A DNA stretch of 64,000 nt from Bythopirellula sp. (lineage in GTDB: Bacteria; Planctomycetota; Planctomycetia; Pirellulales; Lacipirellulaceae). The stretch spans positions 4,544,001-4,608,000 of the forward strand of contig OZ244170.1 in the NCBI GenBank assembly GCA_965216565.1, read 5' to 3'. Made by a program: the position numbers and the translations under genes. Below, piece by piece: positions 57,169 through 64,000 of this stretch (position 1 is the stretch's first letter; the number at the start of each line of letters is the position of its first letter). The notes under the pieces were generated by a model. It was not told the DNA's origin and made no database searches. It saw nothing but the letters and a program-made list of their open reading frames with translations.

Positions 57169-60149
57169 GCAATGGCCCCGAATATACCGAAGTCCAACGC
57201 CCAGCATGGGAACTGCTAAAGGACCACTTCGACTACAAATATGCAGACGGCGAGAGCACGGAGTTTGCCTCTGAGCGTGACGGCGACAGCGACCCACTGC
57301 TTGTCGTTCGTCTATCGCAGAAGCTTCGCGACATCAACAAGGGCCTTACCGATGAAGGCGTTCGCCAGGCGATTTCTGCCCTGCGGCAACCGCTGGCGAG
57401 CACGCTCATTGATGCGAACGAGACTTGTCATCGACTACTGGGACGCTGGGTAACTGTTGAAGAGATGCAGCACGGCAAGCCGGTTGGTCGTAGCGTCCGA
57501 TACATCGACTTCGATAATCCTGAGAACAACGAGTTCCTGGTCGTTGAGGAGTTCACTATCAAAGGGCCTCGCTACACTCGCCGTCTGGACCTAGTCGTTT
57601 TCGTCAATGGTATCCCCATCGTCGCCGTTGAATGCAAACGTCCGGATGACGACCGAGGTATCGAGCACGCGGTCCGCGACTTGCTTGTCTACCAAGAAGC
57701 CGACAAGGGCGTCGTGCGATTGTTCCACACCGTGCAGCTCTGCATGGCACTCAAGCGTGCCGATGCCCGCTATGGCACGGTATGTACTCCCCTACGCCGC
57801 TACGCCGAATGGAAGACGGCCTATCCGCAGACGAAGTATGACCTGGAACGAAAGATTGGCCGCACGCCAACCAAGCAAGATATTTTGCTTGCTGGCATGC
57901 TCACAAAAGAGAATTTGCTCGACCTAATTCGTAACTTTGTCGTGTTTGACCGCGAGGGTGGTAAGCTCGTGAAGAAAGTCGCTCGGTATCAGCAGTTCGA
58001 GGCTGTCAACGAAGCCGTGAAGCGAATAGTCGACCCCCAGAGTAATTTGCCACTGAAGGACCGAGGCGGCGTAGTTTGGCACACGCAAGGGAGTGGCAAA
58101 AGTTTGTCGATGCTTTGGCTCGGCCTGAAACTGAGACGACAGAAGCAGCTCGACAATCCAACACTGCTTATTGTCTCCGACCGTCGTGACCTCGACCGGC
58201 AGATAACACAGACATTCAGCAACTGTGGATTCGAGAATCCGGTACGGGCTTCGAGAGTCTCGCACTTGCGGAGGTTGCTCAACGGCCCGCCGGGGCAAAC
58301 TGTGATGACTACCGTGCAGAAGTTTCGCGACGAGGTCGACATCCAAAAAGGGAGTCGGCACCCCATTCTTAGCGATGCGGACAATGTCTTTACACTTATC
58401 GACGAGGCACATCGGAGCGAGTACGGACAGTTCGCCGCCCACATGATGCGGGCGTTGCCGAACTCGTGTCGCTTGGCATTCACCGGTACGCCTATCGATA
58501 AGACCCAAGCAACTTTCGGCAGCTACATCCACAAGTACACGATGCCACAATCGGTCGAAGATGGTGCGACCGTGCCGATTCTCTACGAAAGTCGATTACC
58601 CGAGCTGGCCGTATGGGGAAAACGTATCAACCCGCTGTTTGATGCCGAATTTGCTCACCTTACCAAGGAGCAACGCGAAAAAGTCAAACAACAGCAAGTG
58701 ACCGAACGCAAGGTTGCCGAAGCGACTGACCGTATCGAAATGGTTGCCGCTGATATCGCGGAGCATTACAAGGCGAACTTCGAGCCGGATGGATTCAAGG
58801 CTCAAGTTGCTGCATGCTCACAGAAGGCAGCGGGGATGTACTTCCAAGAGTTAAGTAAACACCTGCCCGGTCGGGTGGCACTGTTGATTTCCGACCCCAG
58901 TGACAAGGACAGTGAGTTGTGGGAGTTGAAGAAACCGTTCGACGATGAAGAACAGGTAATTGACCAGTACAAGGAGGAGGGAGTCGACAAGCTGGCGATT
59001 ATTGTTGTGATGAACAAGTACCTGACTGGCTTTGATGCTCCAATTGAAAGAGTTCTATATCTCGACCGCCGACTCACAGACCATAATCTCCTGCAAGCGA
59101 TTGCTCGCGTGAATCGCCCGCTCCCCGAGAAGGACAAACAATGGGGACTAATCGTCGACTACTGGGGCGTGTCGGGATTTTTAGACAAGGCCTTGGAAGT
59201 GTTTTCTCAGGATGTTGCCGTCGAAGACGTGCTTCACAAGCGAGACGACGAATCCGTTTACCAGGCGTTGAAGCAACGACATGCCGACGTTTTTGCCATG
59301 TTCTCAAAAGACTTGGACCGTTCCGACATCGAACCGTGGATTCTCGCTTTGGAGAAGGAAGATGTGCGAGCTATCTTCCATGCTCGTCACCGTGCTTTTT
59401 ACAAAGCCTTGGAGCAGCTCCTGCCGGACCCGCGAGCCTTGACGTTCTTGCCAGACTTTGCCTGGCTCCGCCGAGTGCGTCGCGAAGCGACTACTCACTA
59501 TCAGACCGAGGACACCGAGCTGCCTGATTGCAGTGCGAAAGTTCGCGAGCTGATTGACCGGCACGTCAAAGGCGAAGCTGTAAAACTGCTCTTAGAGCCC
59601 GTTCCGATTATGTCGGACCGCTTTTCAGAGGAGGTCAAGAAGCTCAAAGACCCGCGAGCCAAAGCGAGCAGGATGGAGCACGCCATCCAGCGGACTATCA
59701 CGGTCAAACTTCATGAGGACCCAGTCTTTTACGAGTCGGTGCGAGAGCGATTGGAACGCATCATTGTCGAACGTCGGGAACAGAGAATCGACGATGCTGA
59801 AGAATTCAAGCTCTTGATGGGTGTTCGGGACGATATCAAACAGGGACATTCCGAAGACGCGGATTCCCTGGGGATTAAGAAAGAGGCGTTCCCCTTCTAT
59901 GGGTTACTCAAGAAGCACGTAGCCGAAGACGCAAACAGTGATGCCGCCGACAAGATGGCCGAGCTTTCCGAAGCTGTCTTCGATGCACTCAAGCACGAGG
60001 CGGTCATTGATTGGTCGCAGAAAGAAGATGTTCAGCGAGAAATGCGTCGGAAGATTAAGCGGCAATTGCGTCTTGCAGACTTCCCCGCGAAAGACGTTGA
60101 AGCCGTTACATCCGAGTTGATGGACCTAGCACGGGTGCGACTGACATGA
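57165..60149 (+). CDS. hsdR: Type I R-M restriction subunit
   Basis: LDLVVFVNGIPIVAVECK nuclease motif, WHTQGSGKS, DEAHRS, FTGTP, LTGFDAP, LLQAIARVNR. ATGA overlap at 57165-57168. Confidence 0.97.
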   Translation: MSNGPEYTEVQRPAWELLKDHFDYKYADGESTEFASERDGDSDPLLVVRLSQKLRDINKGLTDEGVRQAISALRQPLASTLIDANETCHRLLGRWVTVEEMQHGKPVGRSVRYIDFDNPENNEFLVVEEFTIKGPRYTRRLDLVVFVNGIPIVAVECKRPDDDRGIEHAVRDLLVYQEADKGVVRLFHTVQLCMALKRADARYGTVCTPLRRYAEWKTAYPQTKYDLERKIGRTPTKQDILLAGMLTKENLLDLIRNFVVFDREGGKLVKKVARYQQFEAVNEAVKRIVDPQSNLPLKDRGGVVWHTQGSGKSLSMLWLGLKLRRQKQLDNPTLLIVSDRRDLDRQITQTFSNCGFENPVRASRVSHLRRLLNGPPGQTVMTTVQKFRDEVDIQKGSRHPILSDADNVFTLIDEAHRSEYGQFAAHMMRALPNSCRLAFTGTPIDKTQATFGSYIHKYTMPQSVEDGATVPILYESRLPELAVWGKRINPLFDAEFAHLTKEQREKVKQQQVTERKVAEATDRIEMVAADIAEHYKANFEPDGFKAQVAACSQKAAGMYFQELSKHLPGRVALLISDPSDKDSELWELKKPFDDEEQVIDQYKEEGVDKLAIIVVMNKYLTGFDAPIERVLYLDRRLTDHNLLQAIARVNRPLPEKDKQWGLIVDYWGVSGFLDKALEVFSQDVAVEDVLHKRDDESVYQALKQRHADVFAMFSKDLDRSDIEPWILALEKEDVRAIFHARHRAFYKALEQLLPDPRALTFLPDFAWLRRVRREATTHYQTEDTELPDCSAKVRELIDRHVKGEAVKLLLEPVPIMSDRFSEEVKKLKDPRAKASRMEHAIQRTITVKLHEDPVFYESVRERLERIIVERREQRIDDAEEFKLLMGVRDDIKQGHSEDADSLGIKKEAFPFYGLLKKHVAEDANSDAADKMAELSEAVFDALKHEAVIDWSQKEDVQREMRRKIKRQLRLADFPAKDVEAVTSELMDLARVRLT

Positions 60150-60883
60150 GCCAAACGGATAGTATAGGCTTCGGTGGAATGAGGATTGACTACTCGATTC
60201 AGAGGACGAGTCGACGCAAGACCTTTGCGATAACCGTCAATCCAGATATGTCAGTTGCGGTTGCGGTCCCCAAGGGTACTCGACGAACTCTTGTCTCGAA
60301 AAAGGTCACTCAGAAGGCTGAATGGATTGTTCGCCAACAGGAGAGATTGCGTCGCAATGGGCGGGAGTCAGCAAAGTCTTTCGTCAGCGGTGAATCGTTC
60401 CGCTACCTGGGCCGACAATATCAGTTGAAGGTGATTCATCGTTCGACAGCTCCGCCCGTCCCACAAGCGACCATGACTCGTGGACGATTCATAGTGCCGG
60501 TCTCAAGTCGTTGGGGAGCTGGGCGTCGCCGCTCCGCTGTTCGTGACGCACTTGCTGTTTGGTATCGAGAGCATGCTTTAGTTCAGATTCAAACCGCTGT
60601 AGACAAAATCTCTGCCTGCCTTGGAGTGGCTCCGGCGAGTGTTGAAGTGCGTGAGATGAAGACCCGTTGGGGCAGCGGCGGCACAGACGGTCAATTGCGT
60701 TTTAACTGGCGAATAGCAATGGGTCCTAAGCGGCTGTTAGAATACGTTGTCGCTCACGAACTGTGCCACTTGCGGTATCATGACCACTCACGTGAGTTTT
60801 GGCGACTCTTGAGTCGCGTGATGCCAGACTACGAGCAACGGCGGCAAGAACTGGAAAGACTGGGACCATCATTAACCATTTGA
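60146..60883 (+). CDS. M48/YgjP-like (DUF45) zinc metallopeptidase, a common hsdR neighbour
   Basis: GESFRYLG, MKTRWGS, EYVVAHELCHL, HSREFW; ATGA overlap with hsdR. Confidence 0.92.
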   Translation: MSQTDSIGFGGMRIDYSIQRTSRRKTFAITVNPDMSVAVAVPKGTRRTLVSKKVTQKAEWIVRQQERLRRNGRESAKSFVSGESFRYLGRQYQLKVIHRSTAPPVPQATMTRGRFIVPVSSRWGAGRRRSAVRDALAVWYREHALVQIQTAVDKISACLGVAPASVEVREMKTRWGSGGTDGQLRFNWRIAMGPKRLLEYVVAHELCHLRYHDHSREFWRLLSRVMPDYEQRRQELERLGPSLTI

Positions 60884-61038
60884 AACAGTATCCTGGCCGA
60901 ATAACCCGATGGATAGATTTTGTCATGATAGACAAAGAAATCCACAGTTCGTCCAGTGGTAAAAGTAGCCCCAAATGTATCAGGCCTAGAAACTAAACCT
61001 CATAGGCACATATTCCCATAAGGGAATAAGGACATTTA

Positions 61039-61362
61039 TTATCGCATCGCAGCTCGGGACTCCTTTAGGTTCGATTCCAGAACCGAGTTGAGCGAATCAA
61101 GAATACGACTGACACTGGCTTTCTTTGCCAGTCGGTAAAAGTTCTTGGCACCTTTCTTCTGAATGGTGACCAAGCCAGCCTCTTTGAGCACGGTGAGGTG
61201 TTTGGATACAGTCGATTGATTGACGCCGACAACAGCGGTCAAGTCGTTGACACACATGTCTTCACTCCGAAGCAATTCAAGCATCATCAAACGGCTCGCA
61301 TGCGACATCGCCTTAGCGACCTTGGCCCTAGCGACATAGTACTTCCACGATTTCTTAGCCAT
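61039..61362 (-). CDS. ArsR/SmtB-family transcriptional regulator
   Basis: KAMSHASRLMMLELL..MCVNDL..VGVNQSTVSKHL.VLKEAGLV; AGGAG RBS. Confidence 0.9.
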   Translation of the reverse strand: MAKKSWKYYVARAKVAKAMSHASRLMMLELLRSEDMCVNDLTAVVGVNQSTVSKHLTVLKEAGLVTIQKKGAKNFYRLAKKASVSRILDSLNSVLESNLKESRAAMR

Positions 61363-61927
61363 CGTAATACTCCTATATTCCCATAAGGCGATAACAGGAA
61401 TTGTACACTACGCCGTTCCTGCTGTCGATTGAACAAGGTAGAGCAAACTTCCGGCTATTGCGTGTGTACCTAGTTCGCTGCGTGGAATTCAAGGTGCATG
61501 ATGGCCATCGAATTGATTGCAGACGACGAGTCGACGTTCTCACTAGAGCCTAGTACTCGCATGCATTCTGTTTAATTGATTCTTTCAACATTGCCAGTGT
61601 CTTCTTCCTCTCCTTGAATCACACTGAAACTTCACCCAACTACGCCTACACTTCTAAATAAGATACGACCGGCGAAAAATTTGCTCTTCCTACAACGTCA
61701 CACTTTAGGCGATTCGCTACTGATTCAATCGTCTCTGGCTTGACTTGGATAAGTAGTTCCGTGTCACAGCCCTGTCTAGCTATTAATAGAGAAGTAGTCC
61801 TTGTGCCACCGCCAAGGCGACGGCTATCAGTCTTGCCTTCTTCTAGCTGCGTTCGGGTTGGCACCCACATCTTAGGTAGCTGTTTCTTTTCAGGAGACGT
61901 TTTTTATTCACTGATGGACAAAAAAGG

Positions 61928-61956
61928 TTGACAACATAGGGCAAATGCCCTATACT
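61928..61956 (+). promoter_or_regulatory. Near-consensus sigma70 promoter with a palindromic operator in the spacer
   Basis: TTGACA(61928)-N17-TATACT(61951); ATAGGGCA-AA-TGCCCTAT at 61936-61953. Confidence 0.8.
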
Positions 61957-61998
61957 CTTAATCATAAACAGGGTTCGATAAAACCAACACGGAGGAAC

Positions 61999-62346
61999 AT
62001 GAAATTCGATTACGACAAACTCAAATACCGTCTCCTAAGAAACCCTTTGCATATCGCCATAATTTGGTGTGGGCTACGCCACAGCGAAAAGTGGAGAGGA
62101 ATGCGACGGCACATGAAGCGTCGTTGTGATTTAGCCTTTGTACATTCTTCTGGCGAAGCGGCCTATCAATTCTACGGTCAAGCTGTTGGAACTCTCGCGA
62201 TGTACTTAAAGTTCGTTTCAATCGAGGCTCTTCGTCAATGGCCCTTGCTCGGCGGCACCTGTCACTGGTTGTTGGCTCGCCTTGATTGGCAGGTAATCGC
62301 CGCACATGTTATGGCTGATGCTTACTTCGAGGAACTGATGGGCTGA
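61999..62346 (+). CDS. Hypothetical protein (115 aa)
   Basis: GGAGGA RBS before ATG 61999, downstream of a strong promoter. Confidence 0.6.
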   Translation: MKFDYDKLKYRLLRNPLHIAIIWCGLRHSEKWRGMRRHMKRRCDLAFVHSSGEAAYQFYGQAVGTLAMYLKFVSIEALRQWPLLGGTCHWLLARLDWQVIAAHVMADAYFEELMG

Positions 62347-62507
62347 GACGATAGGACTGCAGAGTAGCCGATGTACCGGCAGTCCAGAGCCCTTATCTAA
62401 ACCTTATGGCGGAGAAGAAACAGGATGAACAACACGACCAAGTTCGAAAGAGGCCGACTGGCCCGAGATAGTCGACCACTGATTGGAGTATCTGGAAGAC
62501 TGAAGTC

Positions 62508-62750
62508 ATGAAAAATGCAAAAACACGCAGCGGCGAGACAGGATGTCTCGCCGCTGCCATAAGAGATGCAGCCGGTCGAAGTGGACTGAGTGTTTATCGA
62601 ATCGCCAAGGATTCAGGAGTCGACCAGTCGACTCTCAACAAATTCCTAAATGGTGACCGAGATAATCTACGTTTGGACGTGGCCGACCGGCTATTCCACT
62701 TTTTTAGGCTGCAAGTCGTCTCCCAATCTGGCAGCCAGAAAAAACGTTAG
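62508..62750 (+). CDS. XRE/Cro-type HTH protein
   Basis: SGLSVYRIAKDSGVDQSTLNKFLNG...LRLDVADRL. Confidence 0.88.
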   Translation: MKNAKTRSGETGCLAAAIRDAAGRSGLSVYRIAKDSGVDQSTLNKFLNGDRDNLRLDVADRLFHFFRLQVVSQSGSQKKR

Positions 62751-62967
62751 ACGACTCGCAGCCAAGGCAGGATGCCTCACATCGGTGAGGGCGATTTTCT
62801 TGTCTCCACCCATATTCCTGCTTGTTTGTTCACTCTCCATAGTGCGGGGTCAACGATTTGGTCACTTTTCTGAACCGGGTCAACTAAGGGTCAACAGATT
62901 CCAGATTTTTGGGCTCTATTCGAGATGCAGCAGATTCCTAATTCCAAAAATTTCAATCGATTTAAAA

Positions 62968-62992
62968 TACCACACCTGATGCACCACGGTGC
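62968..62992 (-). other. Candidate oriT nic site (MOBF, F-like)
   Basis: Minus strand GCACC-GT-GGTGC-ATCAG-GTGT^GGTA: an inverted repeat followed by TGC-N5-GTGT^GGT, as in F oriT. Lies upstream of the RHH and relaxase genes. Confidence 0.6.
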
Positions 62993-63003
62993 GGACATTG
63001 GAT

Positions 63004-63133
63004 TGTAGACATATTCTTCCTAAGTCCTTATATGACAAAGTATCTACGTGTCCACAGCATGTCTACAAAACCGGAGAATACCTTTCTATTTCAGAAAGAA
63101 TCCCCTAGAATATGACATGTCTACGTGTCTACA
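63004..63133. repeat. Cluster of TGTCTAC-type repeats between the nic candidate and the RHH gene
   Basis: TGTAGACA (63004, inverted), TATCTACGTGTCCACA (63041), ATGTCTACA (63059), ATGTCTACGTGTCTACA (63117). Confidence 0.7.
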
Positions 63134-63147
63134 CCCAGGGTGCCGCC

Positions 63148-63489
63148 ATGGCCGATAGCTCCTCCGAAAACTTCAAAATCAATTTCCGCTTTAGGGAGGA
63201 GCATTGCGAGCTGGGTTACCCCAAAAGAGTTCTCGAACAGGCCAAAGACTTAGGCATGGGGGTCAATGAATTCGCCCGCCAGAAGCTCATCGAATCGCTT
63301 GAAGATGACCGGCTCGACCATCTCACCGCTCTCGTTGACCAGCTCCACTCTAAGGTTCGCAGCTTGGAACAAAACGCGGACCGAGTCCGCCTCGACCAGA
63401 AAAAGGGGGTGCTGGCCATCTTAATTCATGTTTGCGACATGACTCCGGAGGAAGCCAGCCGAATCCTCGGAGGCGACGCCCCGTTGTAA
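63148..63489 (+). CDS. Ribbon-helix-helix relaxosome accessory protein (TrwA/MobC-like role)
   Basis: KINFRF strand plus helices RVLEQAKDLG-MGVNEFARQKL, then a coiled coil; sits 4 bp before the relaxase. Confidence 0.65.
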   Translation: MADSSSENFKINFRFREEHCELGYPKRVLEQAKDLGMGVNEFARQKLIESLEDDRLDHLTALVDQLHSKVRSLEQNADRVRLDQKKGVLAILIHVCDMTPEEASRILGGDAPL

Positions 63490-63493
63490 ACCA

Positions 63494-64000
63494 ATGCTCT
63501 CCATCCACCTCATCAAGCTCTGCCACGAGGACTACTACCTCGACTTGCTTGATTACTATCTGAAAATAGGCGGCAACCCGACCTGGATTGGTAGCTTGGC
63601 AGACGTTTTTCATCTCAAAGGGCAAACCGTTGAACTGGAGCATTTCAAGCGGCTGCTGCGAGGGCAGCATCCTATTGCGAATAGGTCTGATTCAGATGAC
63701 GATGACCCAGACCCTGTTCCGCTAGTTCAGAACGCCGGGTTGCCTAACCGGCAAGCAGCATGGGACCACTGCTTCTCTGCCCCCAAGAGCGTCAGCGTTA
63801 CTTGGTCGTCCGTCGAGCCAGATATGGCCAAAGGTATCGAACGAATCCAGCAGCTTGCTGTCGAGAATACAATGCACTTCGCAGAGGAGCTGCTTAGTTA
63901 TTCCCGTGTCGGCAAGGGAGGAACACAAATAGTTCCTGCAAAAATCATTGCTGCAAGCATTCTCGACCTCGTCAGTCGGGCAGGCGACCCTCAGATTCAC
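63494..64000 (+). CDS. MOBF-family (TrwC/TraI-like) relaxase, 5' part; not in the supplied ORF track
   Basis: Manual translation: MLSI..EDYYLDLLDYYL..WIG..HFKRLLRGQHP..LVQNAG..RQAAWDHCFSAPKSVSV..RVGKGG..SRAGDPQIH; open to the window edge. Confidence 0.93.
   Translation, partial: MLSIHLIKLCHEDYYLDLLDYYLKIGGNPTWIGSLADVFHLKGQTVELEHFKRLLRGQHPIANRSDSDDDDPDPVPLVQNAGLPNRQAAWDHCFSAPKSVSVTWSSVEPDMAKGIERIQQLAVENTMHFAEELLSYSRVGKGGTQIVPAKIIAASILDLVSRAGDPQIH

Larger units (their letters stand above)
43294..64000. mobile_element. Integrative mobilizable/conjugative element at tRNA-Gly (continues beyond window)
   Basis: Starts at a broken tRNA. Carries a Rep-like gene, ardA, defence cargo, an oriT candidate, an RHH gene and a MOBF relaxase. 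Integrase and right end are not in the window. Confidence 0.85.

Noticed and set aside
61400..61920. Possible degraded gene between arsR and the strong promoter (ORFs 61646-61870 and 61740-61931)
   Set aside because: Short ORFs without recognisable motifs or RBS; I cannot distinguish a pseudogene from non-coding DNA.
1..64000. CRISPR array or cas genes
   Set aside because: No run of equal-length repeats with unique spacers was seen. The repeats found are short operators/iterons or protein-coding repeats.
63350..64000. Minus-strand ORFs 63350-63670 and 63722-64000 from the ORF track
   Set aside because: They are antisense to the clearly recognisable RHH and MOBF relaxase genes on the plus strand.

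Overview
Planctomycete-type chromosomal window, judged from the PEP-CTERM/dockerin proteins, an LEDRRMLA-signal giant protein, DUF1501/DUF1549-DUF1553 and a MoxR operon. Positions 1-43.2 kb hold core and secreted-protein genes: bcp, rsfS, argS, a beta-barrel protein, a sulfatase, a 2103-aa surface protein and a nucleotidyltransferase-HD fusion. They also hold a minus-strand ECF sigma / DUF1549 / DUF1501 / MoxR-DUF58-BatA-VWA cluster ending in three paralogous prenyltransferase-repeat genes, followed by hemW. At 43254 a tRNA-Gly(CCC) gene breaks off just after its anticodon loop, and a mobile element runs from there past the right edge. The element carries a Rep-like wHTH gene with internal iteron-like repeats, a highly structured leader before a small gene and ardA, a ~14.4 kb defence operon, regulators, a candidate F-like oriT, an RHH accessory gene and the 5' part of a MOBF relaxase that the ORF track misses. 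The most striking feature is the defence operon. It is a type I R-M system (half-HsdS, hsdM, hsdS, hsdR, M48 peptidase) into which an alpha/beta hydrolase, a DUF4209-like HEPN protein and a complete CBASS (patatin effector, CD-NTase, stand-alone E2-SEC-C) are nested, largely by stop/start overlaps. All calls come from reading motifs by eye; no database searches were run.
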